DNA from: a virus | Taxonomy: Duplodnaviria; Heunggongvirae; Uroviricota; Caudoviricetes | Strand: one strand, 5' to 3' | Length of the DNA stretch: 26,356 nt | Virus record (IMG/VR): IMGVR_UViG_2695420471_000001 | Shown here: piece after piece, positions 8,357 to 17,654 of the stretch | Position numbering within the stretch: the stretch's first letter is position 1 | Layout: each line of letters opens with the position of its first letter | Notes under the pieces: model-generated | The model's input: only the letters and a program-made list of their open reading frames with translations | Databases searched by the model: none | Told to the model about the DNA's origin: nothing | Made by a program: the position numbers and the translations under genes

Positions 8357-9749
8357 TCCAGCAGTTCCGTTTTAATCAGCCACAGCCCGGCGCGGTGTGC
8401 CTGCCCCCGGCTGGTACAGCCAAAGGCATCCATCTTCGTGACGTTACGACCGTAACGGACAATGGCCTGCGTATCCTCCACAAGCTCTGTCGCCGTCTCC
8501 CAGCCGTTATCCGGGTCAATCCAGTTCACCTCAACGGCATTATGGCGGTCTTTCAGGGCGCTGAAACTGTAGCGGAACGGCGCGCCATCATCCGGCATCA
8601 CCACATTACTGCGGTTATAGGCCCACACCTTATCCGACTGTCGGTCCTGCACGAACGTCAGCGTCTGCCCGTTCCATACCGGCATACAGCGCATCGCCGA
8701 GCAGAAATCACTGAGCACATCCCACGCCTTGCGCTGTGTGGTCAGCCAGGCATTACAGGTGATGCGCGGCTCCGTGCTGCCAAAGCCGTCCGGCACCGAC
8801 TGGTCACAGTACTGGCCGATGACATACAGCGCCCATTTATCCACATCTGCCGCACCAAGACGTTTCCCCATGCCATAGCGCGGATGGGTCAGCATATCCC
8901 ACAGACACCAGGCCATGTTGTTGCTGTATGCCGGTTTTAACGTTCCGTCCCAGATACCGCTGTATTGCCGCGTCTGCGGNNNNNNNNNNNNNNNNNNNNN
9001 TTATAGTTCGACGGCACCTGCAGAATGCGCCCGCGAAGATGATAATTGCGACTCACCTGCTGGTTACCGAACTGCTCTGAATCCACCTGCACGCCGACCA
9101 GCGCCGTGTTCGGGTAGCACTGTTTCACATCGATGATTTCGGTGTATGACGACCAGAGCGTTTTGTTCTGCAGCTGGTCTGTGGTGCTGTCCGGTGTCAT
9201 CCTGCGCATCCGGATATTAAACGGGCGCGGCGGCAGGTTACCCACCACCACCGAGGCCAGATACTGCGAAGTGGTTTTGCCCTTAATGGTGATGTCTTTT
9301 TCCGTCACCCAGCCACCGTTACGCTGTATCTGAACCAGCAGGCGAACTTCAGACGGATTCCTGTCTCCCTTTGAGGTGGTTTCCACCAGTGCCTGTACAC
9401 CGAAGGTAAAACGCAGTCGGTCAATGTTTGCCGACGTGATGGTCCGGGTGATCGGCGTGTCATATTTCACTTCCGTACCCAGCACCGTCTCGGAGCCGGA
9501 GGATTCAAATCCCTCCGGCGGTGACTGCTCCTGCTCACCTGCCCGGAACACCACCGTGACGCCGGAGATGTTGGTATTCCCCTCACTGTCCAGCACCGGC
9601 GTACTGTTCAGCAGCACGCTTTTTAATCCATCCACCGGACCTTCAACCGGCCCTTCGCTGATGGCATCGATCACACTCAGCAGCTGCGTGGACTTCAGGT
9701 TGTCCTTCGCTTCGCGCGGGGTATGCCCCTTACTGCTGCCTTTACCCAT
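8357..9749 (-). CDS. J: Host specificity protein J, N-terminal about 465 codons (copy C), interrupted by a 21-N run at 8980-9000 and ending at the IS junction
   Basis: ATG at 9747-9749; MGKGSSKGHTPREAKDNLKSTQLL... It follows I (copy 2) after the same 60-nt spacer as lambda. About 98% identical to copy B with scattered substitutions (VEGPVDG vs VDGPVDG, NSTPVLDSEGNTNISG vs NGTPVLDSEGKTNFSG). The frame is broken by the N-run, which replaces 1 nt with 21 N. Confidence 0.85.
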
Positions 9750-9809
9750 TCGTCATGCTCCATAAACGATAAAACCGCCCGGAGGCGATTTCACATAAAA
9801 CATTTTGCA

Positions 9810-10481
9810 TCAGCGACCAATCACCACAACCTGACCACCGTCCCCTTCGTCTGCCGTGCTGATCTCCTGAGATACCACACGTGACCCCACGCGCATTTCA
9901 CCATACAGAACAGGCATAACATTGCCCTGGGCAACCATGTTATCCAGTGAGGAGAAATAGGTGTTCTGCTTACCGTTATCCGTTGTCTGTGTGCGGGGAG
10001 TTCTGGCTTTCGGTGCCAGCATCTGAGCCACACCGCCGAGCACCATACTGGCACCGAGAGAAAACAGAATGCCGGTCATACCACCGGCACCAATGGCAGC
10101 CCCCCATGCTGCAAGGGTGGCTCCGGCGGTAAAGAATGATCCGGCAATGGCGGCTGCTCCCAGGACAATCTGGAATACACCACCTGACTTGGCCCCGGCG
10201 ACTCTGGGAACAATATGAATCACAGCGCCGTCAGGCAGAGCCTCATGTAACTGTGCCGTTAATCCGGACGTGCTAACATCCTGCCCGGCAATACGCACCT
10301 GATACCAGCCGTCGCTCAGCTTCTGACGAAACGCAGGGAGCTGTGTGGCCATCGCCCGGATGGCTTCGGCACCCGTTTTCACACGAAGGTCGATGCGGCG
10401 GCCAAATCGTTGCAAATCCCCGTAAAGGCAGATGCGTGCCATGCCCGGTGACGCCAGAGGGAGTGTGTGCGTCGCTGCCAT
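9810..10481 (-). CDS. I: Tail assembly protein I (copy 2, lambda-type)
   Basis: 223 aa, the lambda I length, with near-identity to lambda I including the Gly/Ala-rich hydrophobic segment. Confidence 0.93.
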   Translation of the reverse strand: MAATHTLPLASPGMARICLYGDLQRFGRRIDLRVKTGAEAIRAMATQLPAFRQKLSDGWYQVRIAGQDVSTSGLTAQLHEALPDGAVIHIVPRVAGAKSGGVFQIVLGAAAIAGSFFTAGATLAAWGAAIGAGGMTGILFSLGASMVLGGVAQMLAPKARTPRTQTTDNGKQNTYFSSLDNMVAQGNVMPVLYGEMRVGSRVVSQEISTADEGDGGQVVVIGR

Positions 10482-11122
10482 TTGTCGGTATACCTCTCTC
10501 GTTTGCTCAGTTGTTCAGGAATATGGTGCAGCAGCTCGCCGTCACCACAGTAAATGGCGGCATGATTCGGCACCGATGAACCAAAACAGCACAGCAGCAC
10601 ATCGCCCGGCTGCGCCGCTGACAACGGCACCTGATACAGCCCTGTGGCCTCCAGATTATCCAGATAGAGATTCTGACCGTGACGCCACCAGTCATCCTCA
10701 CGATGAAAATCCGGCATCTCAATCCCCGCCAGATGGTAAGCATCCCGGAACAGCGTGTAACAGTCCGTCACCCCGTGCTCAAAGCGCCGCCCGGTAAGAT
10801 GTGGCACACAGCGGAACTTGTGAATCGCCCCCCGGCAGACCAGCCACCACGGCAAATCACTCTGCACCTGCAGCCGCCGGTCGGCCTCACTCAGCCAGGG
10901 CAGACCACCGGGGTGGCTGTGGACCAGTGCCACAATCTCACCCTGCATCTCTGCCTGCAGCCAGTCTTCCGGCGACATACGGAAATACGCCTCCGGCTCA
11001 CCGGAGATATTCACGCAGGGGAAATATCTTTCCCCCTCCGGCGTTCTTACCACGAAGCCGCACGACTCCGCTGGAGCACATCGCCGGGCGTGCGCCAGAA
11101 TCGCTGATTCTGTCTCTGTCAT
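10379..11122 (-). CDS. K: Tail tip assembly protein K (copy 2; JAMM/MPN plus NlpC/P60)
   Basis: 247-aa ORF starting 6 nt after the L stop (MTETESAILAHARRCAPAESCGFVV...). An internal Met at codon 49 (MSPEDWLQAEMQ...) would give a 199-aa product. Contains the JAMM motif HSHPGGLPWLSEAD and a Cys/His pair (DCYTLF...HAAIY) typical of NlpC/P60. Confidence 0.9.
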   Translation of the reverse strand: MTETESAILAHARRCAPAESCGFVVRTPEGERYFPCVNISGEPEAYFRMSPEDWLQAEMQGEIVALVHSHPGGLPWLSEADRRLQVQSDLPWWLVCRGAIHKFRCVPHLTGRRFEHGVTDCYTLFRDAYHLAGIEMPDFHREDDWWRHGQNLYLDNLEATGLYQVPLSAAQPGDVLLCCFGSSVPNHAAIYCGDGELLHHIPEQLSKRERYTDKWQRRTHSLWRHRAWHASAFTGICNDLAAASTFV

Positions 11123-11127
11123 GGGAT

Positions 11128-11826
11128 TTACTGCGAAAGTTTGTTAATGGAAAGGAAGCCGCCAAAGTTGCCGACGTTATTGCGAAACTTACAGCCACTC
11201 AGGCATTTGCTGCATTTATCCTTCGTGATGTCGGACGTTGGCTGGTCATATTCATCCGCGACCGCCGGACCGTGATAACCGCACTCATCGCCGCGATAGG
11301 TCCAGGTGCAGGTGTTGGCCAGCATGATACGTCCCGGAAAAACAGCGCCATCTGTTTCCGTCGGCGTGGACAGTACAAAAGAGGCACTCACCGCGCTCAG
11401 TTCGCTGCACTGCTCAATGCGCCAGCGGCTGATCACCTCCTGCTCCGGATCGGCGTCACTGTTTCCGTTGACGAAGTTCACCGCATCCAGAAAACGGGCG
11501 TAAACCTTACGCCGGACCACCGTTCCGCCGACCAGACTCTGTAGATCTTCCGCCATCCCGGTGACCATACCGTACAGGTTAGAAACCATCAGCGTGGGGC
11601 GCGTACTGGTGCCTTTGCCATTCAGTTCAAAACCACTCCCCTGAATGGGATACGGCTGATACTGTCGCCCCTGCCAGGTGACCGGCTCACCTTTTTCGTT
11701 CTGCTCATTACAGAAAAAATAACGTTCTCCACCGACCTCTGTCAGATCGATTTCCCAGAGCACCACGCTGGCCGACTGCTCCGCACGGGTGCATTCATTC
11801 AGTGTTTCCTGCCGGATATCCTGCAT
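11128..11826 (-). CDS. L: Minor tail protein L (copy 2)
   Basis: 232 aa, identical in length and near-identical in sequence to lambda L. Confidence 0.93.
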   Translation of the reverse strand: MQDIRQETLNECTRAEQSASVVLWEIDLTEVGGERYFFCNEQNEKGEPVTWQGRQYQPYPIQGSGFELNGKGTSTRPTLMVSNLYGMVTGMAEDLQSLVGGTVVRRKVYARFLDAVNFVNGNSDADPEQEVISRWRIEQCSELSAVSASFVLSTPTETDGAVFPGRIMLANTCTWTYRGDECGYHGPAVADEYDQPTSDITKDKCSKCLSGCKFRNNVGNFGGFLSINKLSQ

Positions 11827-12155
11827 CAGTTCACCACCTGTTCAAACTCTGCGCTGAACTCAACACGCAGCATACTGACCCGCGACGACCATTTTGCGCA
11901 GGTCACCTTTATCTGCCGCCACTCATAAGGCGGCGTCCACAGAAAGGCTTTCCAGCCCCCGTGCTCTTCCAGAAACGACTCCAGTACCATGGCCTCCTCA
12001 CGGGGGACAGAAAGCGTCACGCTGTACGTTTTCAGGTTGGCATTCAGCCCGGCAGGCGCTCGCTGGGAATAGCCATCACCAAAGCGCACCTTTCTTACAG
12101 AAGGGGCCGAAGCCACATCCATACCGGGTTTCACTTTCCAGCGGAAGGTTTTCAT
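11826..12155 (-). CDS. M: Minor tail protein M (copy 2)
   Basis: 109 aa; start overlaps the H stop (ATGA-type overlap), as in lambda. Confidence 0.93.
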   Translation of the reverse strand: MKTFRWKVKPGMDVASAPSVRKVRFGDGYSQRAPAGLNANLKTYSVTLSVPREEAMVLESFLEEHGGWKAFLWTPPYEWRQIKVTCAKWSSRVSMLRVEFSAEFEQVVN

Positions 12156-14713
12156 CGTCCACCTCCGGAGAACAGGCCACCATCACGCATCTGTGTCTGA
12201 ATTTCATCACGGGCACCCTTGCGGGCCATGTCATACACGGCCTTCATCATCTGTGGACCTGGCAGACCATTCGTACCGTCGTTCTGAATCACCACGTGAT
12301 TGTTCTGATTAAAATTAATGCCTTCAGCCCGCCGCATCTGCGCCGGACTTCCGGCACCGCCCACATAACCACCTTCCGCATAGCCGCGCATCAGCCGGTA
12401 GAGATTCCCCACGCCAATCCGGCTGGTTGCCTCCTTCGTGAAGACAAATTCACCACGGTGAACAATCCCCGCTGGCTCATATTTGCCGCCGGTTCCCGTA
12501 AATCCCCCGGTTGCAAAATGGAATTTCACCGCAGCGGCCTGAATGGCTGTACCACCTGACGCGGATGCGCCGCCACCAACAGCCCCGCCAATGGCGCTGC
12601 CGATACTCCCGACAATCCCCACCATTGCCTGCTTAAGCAGAATTTCTGTCATCATGGACAGCACGGAGCGGGTGAAGCTGCGCCAGTTCTGTTCACTGCC
12701 GGTCAGCATCGCCGCCATATTCTGTGCAATACCATCAAAGGTCTGCGTGGCTGCACTTTTAACCTGTGACATACTGTCCGTGGCGCTCTCTTCCCACTCA
12801 CTCCAGCCGGACTTCAGGCCTGCCATCCAGCTCCCGCGAAGCTGGTCTTCAGCCGCCCAGGTCTTTTTCTGCTCTGACATGACGTTATTCAGCGCCAGAG
12901 GATTATCGCCATACTGTTCCTTCAGGCGCTGTTCCGTGGCTTCCCGCGCTGCCTGCCGGTCAGTCAGCCCCCGGTTTTTCGCATCAATGGCTGCCCGTTT
13001 TGCCCGTTGCTGCTGTGCGAATTTATCCGCCTGCTGCGCCAGCGCATTCAGGTGCTCCTGATACGTAACCTTGTCACCAAGTGCAGCCAGCTGGCGTTTG
13101 TACTCCAGCGTCTCGTCTTTATGCGCCAGCAGGGATTTCTCCTGTGCGGACAGCTGGCGACGTTGTGCCGCCTCCTCCAGTACCGCGAACTGACTTTCTG
13201 CCTTCCACAAATCCCGGCGCTGCTGGCTGATTTTCTCATTCGCTCCGGCATGCTTCTCCAGCGTCCGGAGTTCTGCCTGAAGCGTCAGCAGGGCCGCATG
13301 AGCACTGTCTTCCTGACGATCGCCCGCATACACCTTCACGCCGGACTGTTTCGGCTTTTTCAGCGTCGCTTCATAATCCTTTTTCGCCGCCGCCATCAGC
13401 GTGTTGTAATCTGCCTGCAGGATTTTTCCGTCTTTCAGTGCCTTGTTCAGTTCTTCCTGACGGGCGGTATATTTCTCCAGCGGCGTCTGCAGCCGTTCGT
13501 AAGCCTTCTGCGCCTCTTCGGTATATTTCAGCCGTGACGCTTCGGTATCGCTCTGCTGCTGCGCATTTTTGTCCTGTTGACGCTGTTGATCTACCCTCTT
13601 TTGGGCTGCATCCCGCTCCAGGCGTTTTTTTTCACGATCATCCCAGTAACGCGCCCGTGCTTCATCGTTAACGAAATAATCATCCTTGCGCAGATTCCAG
13701 ATGTCGTCTGCTTTCTTAAACGCAGCCTCTGCCTTAATCAGCATCTCCTGCGCGGTATCAGGACGACCAATATCCAGCACCGCATCCCACATGGATTTGA
13801 ATGCACGTGCAGTCCTGTCTGCCCAGGTCTCCAGCGTGCCCATGTTCTCTTTCAGGCGGCGGGTCTGGTCATCAAACCCTTTCGTTGCGGCCTCGTTCGC
13901 CGCCTGCAATGCCCCGGCTTCATCGCCGGAACGCTGCAACTGAGCAACATACGCAATCTGCTCCGCCGTCACGTTATGGAACTGGCGTGCCATCGCCGTC
14001 AGCCCCGACGTCGGGTCTGTGGTCAGCTTCCCGAAGGCTTCAGCGACCTTGTCCACCTCCACGCCGGATGCATAGGAGAAACGCGCCACACTCTGGCTGA
14101 TGGACGCAATCTGAGCCTCACCGCTTACCCCCGCCTTAACCAGTGCGCTGAGTGACTCGCTGGTCTGGTTAAACGTCAGCCCTGCCGCCTGCCCGGCTCT
14201 GGACAGGACCAGCATACGATCTGCCGTCAGTCCCGCCTGATTACCGGAAAGGACCAGCGTTTTGTTGAAATCGGACAGGGTTGAGTTGCCCTGATACCAG
14301 GCATACGCCAGCGCACCGGTCGCCACCGCCAGCGAGGTGGCCCCCACCATCGGCAGGGTGATCGCGCCGGCAAGCCCCCTGAACATGGGGATCATCCCGC
14401 CGAAGGAGTCCTTAACCTGACCACCCTGTTGCAGCAGGATCAGCCAGGGATTCTGCCCCCCTGCAAGCTGCGTGGCCACGTCGGTGAACTGTGCAGGCAG
14501 CATACGCATGGCGGCTTTATACTGCCCGACGGAAATCCCCGCTTTCTGTGCAGCCAGCGCCTGTCGGCTCAGCGACTGTTCAACGACTGCCGCTGTTTTT
14601 TTCGCATCACTTTCCGTACCGGAAAAATGACGCCTGACTCTGGCCATCTGCTCGTCAAATCTGGCCGCATCCAGACTCAAATCAACGACCAGATCGCCTA
14701 CCGGTTCAGCCAT
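12152..14713 (-). CDS. H: Tail tape measure protein H
   Basis: 853 aa, the lambda H length; long coiled-coil-rich middle region; C-terminus ...VIQNDGTNGLPGPQMMKAVYDMARKGARDEIQTQMRDGGLFSGGGR. Start overlaps the end of the T frame. Confidence 0.95.
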   Translation of the reverse strand: MAEPVGDLVVDLSLDAARFDEQMARVRRHFSGTESDAKKTAAVVEQSLSRQALAAQKAGISVGQYKAAMRMLPAQFTDVATQLAGGQNPWLILLQQGGQVKDSFGGMIPMFRGLAGAITLPMVGATSLAVATGALAYAWYQGNSTLSDFNKTLVLSGNQAGLTADRMLVLSRAGQAAGLTFNQTSESLSALVKAGVSGEAQIASISQSVARFSYASGVEVDKVAEAFGKLTTDPTSGLTAMARQFHNVTAEQIAYVAQLQRSGDEAGALQAANEAATKGFDDQTRRLKENMGTLETWADRTARAFKSMWDAVLDIGRPDTAQEMLIKAEAAFKKADDIWNLRKDDYFVNDEARARYWDDREKKRLERDAAQKRVDQQRQQDKNAQQQSDTEASRLKYTEEAQKAYERLQTPLEKYTARQEELNKALKDGKILQADYNTLMAAAKKDYEATLKKPKQSGVKVYAGDRQEDSAHAALLTLQAELRTLEKHAGANEKISQQRRDLWKAESQFAVLEEAAQRRQLSAQEKSLLAHKDETLEYKRQLAALGDKVTYQEHLNALAQQADKFAQQQRAKRAAIDAKNRGLTDRQAAREATEQRLKEQYGDNPLALNNVMSEQKKTWAAEDQLRGSWMAGLKSGWSEWEESATDSMSQVKSAATQTFDGIAQNMAAMLTGSEQNWRSFTRSVLSMMTEILLKQAMVGIVGSIGSAIGGAVGGGASASGGTAIQAAAVKFHFATGGFTGTGGKYEPAGIVHRGEFVFTKEATSRIGVGNLYRLMRGYAEGGYVGGAGSPAQMRRAEGINFNQNNHVVIQNDGTNGLPGPQMMKAVYDMARKGARDEIQTQMRDGGLFSGGGR

Positions 14714-15544
14714 ACCGGACTCCTCCTGCGATCCCTTCTGATACTGTCATCAGCATTACGTCATCCTCCGTCATGTCCGCCACATCCGGGGAAGCGGGGA
14801 TAACTTCATTCCCGTCCGGGCCAAAGCGGACACCTCCGGCAAGCCCTGCCGCTTTCTGCATCAGCACATCATCTTCAGGCTCTTCGTCAGCCTCGCGCCG
14901 GTTCAGCAGACTGAAATCCAGCGGATGCATCTCCGGATCGCTGAAAAACAGGCTGAGCACGGTGTACGTCAGCCCGGAAAAGTGCATATCCAGCAGAACA
15001 TCATGAAAATAATGGGTACTGTAAAAGCGGTGCCAGTCGGCATACTCCGTGGATGACATCCCGGCAAGCATGGCGCGCCAGTCGGGTCGCCCCATCTCAC
15101 GCGCCAGTTTCAGGGCAAAACTCAGCTCACCGTCGAACACTTTCCCGCAGAAACAGGCTCTGCAGGCCCGGCGTCCTCTGCCTGTTCAGGAGCATCATTC
15201 ACCACAAACTCATACATACCGGACAGCCGGTACACCACGTTTTCAGCATGAGAAATTGCCTCTGTGGGCCAGGTGGTAAGCACTTCCTGCTCAATCTGTT
15301 TAACGGCTTCATTCATGGACGGCATCTGCGTCTTCTTCGGATGGTTATGCCACAGGGACATCGCAACCACAAAAGCGCCGGTTCTGATGGCGTCTTCCAC
15401 AGTAAACTTCCGGTTGCTGTCTGACTCCGCCTGTTCTGCCTGCCGTTTCATCAGGTCGAGATGCTCAATACGCTGCAGGGCTGACAGTTCAGAAAGCGTG
15501 ACGGTCACACCGTTATGTTCAAATGATTCGGTTTTCAGGAACAT
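14706..15544 (-). CDS. T: Tail assembly chaperone G-T fusion, made by programmed -1 ribosomal frameshift
   Basis: The T reading frame (14706-15140) has no start of its own and lies -1 relative to G. The slippery heptamer G GGA AAG sits in the G frame at codons ...AGK, 6 codons before the G stop. After the slip the reading is ...GKVFDGELSFALKLAREMG..., matching lambda gpGT. Confidence 0.85.
15122..15544 (-). CDS. G: Tail assembly chaperone G
   Basis: 140 aa, MFLKTESFEHNGVTVTLSELSALQRIEHL...; same length as lambda G; stop TGA at 15122-15124. Confidence 0.93.
   Translation of the reverse strand: MFLKTESFEHNGVTVTLSELSALQRIEHLDLMKRQAEQAESDSNRKFTVEDAIRTGAFVVAMSLWHNHPKKTQMPSMNEAVKQIEQEVLTTWPTEAISHAENVVYRLSGMYEFVVNDAPEQAEDAGPAEPVSAGKCSTVS
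15140..15146 (-). promoter_or_regulatory. -1 frameshift slippery heptanucleotide GGGAAAG (G to G-T)
   Basis: Plus-strand ctttccc at 15140-15146 is the reverse complement of GGGAAAG, positioned in the G frame as G GGA AAG (same motif and position as in lambda). Confidence 0.8.
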
Positions 15545-15559
15545 CGCTGACTCTCCGGA

Positions 15560-16300
15560 TTAACTGGCGGTGACGTTGATTTCTGCAACCGCAGCAAACT
15601 CACCATTACCAGATACGACCGGAATGTTGACCTTGCCTGCAGCAACACCTTTCACGGTGATGGTCATACCACTGACCGACACGGTGGCTTTTGTTTTATC
15701 CGCAGACACCGCACGGAAGCTCTTGTCGGTTGCGCCATCCGGCTGGAATGCCACGGTCAGCGTGGTGCTCTGCCCTTTCACTACGGAAGCACTGGCGGGT
15801 GTCACCGTCATGCCGGTCGTCGCCGTCACCGTGCTGCGATCTTCTGCCATCGACGGACGTCCCACATTGGTGACCTTCACCGTGCGGGTAATCACCTCCT
15901 TCGCCGTCACCGCCTTACCGATACTGCTGACCCAGCCACGGAACACATCGACCGTGCCGTTCGGGAAGCGGATTTTATAGGCACGGGTATCACCTTCATT
16001 AAACCACGCCAGCAGCGCCTGCTGCCCCTGCTCTCCGGGCATCCACGCCAGCGTGAAGCTGGTATCTCCGGCAGATTTCTGCCCCTGCCCGGTCGCAGTC
16101 CAGTCTGCATCTTCATCATCGAGATAGCTGTCGTCATAGGACTCAGCGGTCAGTTCGCCGGGCGTCAGGTCTTTAACTTTTGCCAGACGCGACCAGTCAA
16201 CGTCTGAAAGCGGGTTCGCATAAGGGTCACCGCTCCCCTTATAAACCCACAGGGTGGTCCCGGCACCTTTCACCGGCATTGTAGGATTTGGTACAGGCAT
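15560..16300 (-). CDS. V: Major tail tube protein V (with C-terminal Ig-like domain)
   Basis: 246 aa from ATG at 16298-16300 ([36 protein letters not shown]...). The track ORF starts 10 codons upstream at a weaker start. C-terminal [23 protein letters not shown]... is Big_2-like. Confidence 0.93.
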   Translation of the reverse strand: MPVPNPTMPVKGAGTTLWVYKGSGDPYANPLSDVDWSRLAKVKDLTPGELTAESYDDSYLDDEDADWTATGQGQKSAGDTSFTLAWMPGEQGQQALLAWFNEGDTRAYKIRFPNGTVDVFRGWVSSIGKAVTAKEVITRTVKVTNVGRPSMAEDRSTVTATTGMTVTPASASVVKGQSTTLTVAFQPDGATDKSFRAVSADKTKATVSVSGMTITVKGVAAGKVNIPVVSGNGEFAAVAEINVTAS

Positions 16301-16307
16301 AGCGTCC

Positions 16308-16703
16308 TCACATTTCATAGATAATGACATAAGTCAGATCGGCTGAACTCCACAGGCCCGCATCATCGTCGCGCCGGTAGTCATAGCCGCTGGCCACCAT
16401 ACTGGTGATCAAATCTGACAGTGCCGGGATATCGCTCATCACAGGATAAATCCGGGACTCCATCCACGAATCCAGCTCTGAATCCGGCACCTGAGCAGGC
16501 AGGAAAACTTCAATATGCAGCTCCGCCTGCCAGGTATCGCTGTCCAGCTCTTCGCCCGTGTATTCAGCGCCGGTGAGATAAACGGCAATTGCCGGAAAAT
16601 CTTCCTCATCAAAAACAGCGGGGCGACCATCAAAAAGCGTCGCCCCGGTGTCATGCTTCTCCAGTGCATCCAGTACGGCTGCACGGAGTTCAGTATGTTT
16701 CAT
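16308..16703 (-). CDS. U: Tail terminator protein U
   Basis: 131 aa, [50 protein letters not shown]..., near-identical to lambda U. Confidence 0.93.
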   Translation of the reverse strand: MKHTELRAAVLDALEKHDTGATLFDGRPAVFDEEDFPAIAVYLTGAEYTGEELDSDTWQAELHIEVFLPAQVPDSELDSWMESRIYPVMSDIPALSDLITSMVASGYDYRRDDDAGLWSSADLTYVIIYEM

Positions 16704-17278
16704 CGCTTTATTACCATTCTCAGTTGATGCTGCAGCGCATAGCCCAGCTCTTTCGGAAGACGTTCACGCCGTATCCGTTCAATATTCTGTTTAAACGCCG
16801 TGGTCAGCGGCACCGCCATCGGGATTTTCACCACATCAATGGGGTAACGGTTTTTCCCGGCCACACGCTGCATAACATGCCACCGGCCGTTTTTCAGTTG
16901 CTGAATAAACGCGCCGGGAATACGACGGTTACCCACCACAAGCACGCTGCCGCCACCTTTCAGGGATGAACGCTGCCCCTTTTTATGACGCCTGCGGCGG
17001 GACAGGACAACCCGCGCATTACCCAGCTTGATTACGGGCAAATCCCCCCGGTTAACTTTGATTCTGGCCTGCGGATTTTTGACCGTGGCCCTTTTCAGCC
17101 TGGCCCTTTCCTTTACCAGTTTCCGGCGTACCTTTGTCTCACGGGCAACCTGTGACGCAGACTGCGATATCGCGGATGAAGCAACGCGGTTAATGGCCAT
17201 TGCGGCGGCACCGGGCACCGCCGTTTTGCTGATACGGCTGAGGTTTTCAACGGCCTGCTCAAGACCTTTTATGGCCAT
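16700..17278 (-). CDS. Z: Tail completion protein Z
   Basis: 192 aa, MAIKGLEQAVENLSRISKTAVPGAAAMAINRVASSAISQ...; 4-nt overlap with U. Confidence 0.93.
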   Translation of the reverse strand: MAIKGLEQAVENLSRISKTAVPGAAAMAINRVASSAISQSASQVARETKVRRKLVKERARLKRATVKNPQARIKVNRGDLPVIKLGNARVVLSRRRRHKKGQRSSLKGGGSVLVVGNRRIPGAFIQQLKNGRWHVMQRVAGKNRYPIDVVKIPMAVPLTTAFKQNIERIRRERLPKELGYALQHQLRMVIKR

Positions 17279-17289
17279 ACATCCCCCTT

Positions 17290-17643
17290 TCAGCGGCGAC
17301 GGTTAACGGCAGGCGGTACGCCCCGTCCAAGCCAGAGATGACAACTTCCGCCATCATCCGGCGAAACCCGATCTACCCAGAAATTTTCCTCACCGATGGT
17401 CAGCGTGTCTCCACGCCGCAGCTGCCGCACCTCATCAGTCCGGACAAACAGGGACGGGCTGGAGCCTTCAACGCGCACGCCCTGTCCGGCATAGCTGATA
17501 TTTTCAGGGTCATCAAAAACACCACGTATCACCGCACCTGACTGCTCACCGGATGTCATGGTGGCTGACGTTCCCATGTACCCGCGTATCGTTTCATCGG
17601 CGCGGGCAATGGCAGCATCGAACAGGTTATCGAAATCAGCCAC
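17290..17643 (-). CDS. FII: Head-tail joining protein FII
   Basis: 117 aa with a GTG start (plus-strand cac at 17641-17643); translation MADFDNLFDAAIARADETIRGYMGTSATMTSGEQSG... matches lambda FII. Confidence 0.92.
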   Translation of the reverse strand: MADFDNLFDAAIARADETIRGYMGTSATMTSGEQSGAVIRGVFDDPENISYAGQGVRVEGSSPSLFVRTDEVRQLRRGDTLTIGEENFWVDRVSPDDGGSCHLWLGRGVPPAVNRRR

Positions 17644-17654
17644 AGCGCCTCCCG

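Noticed and set aside
12543-14155. Several 170-190-aa plus-strand ORFs inside the tape-measure gene H
   Set aside because: They overlap the conserved 853-codon H frame on the opposite strand, have no start context, and translate to Cys/Arg/Leu-rich junk typical of antisense frames.
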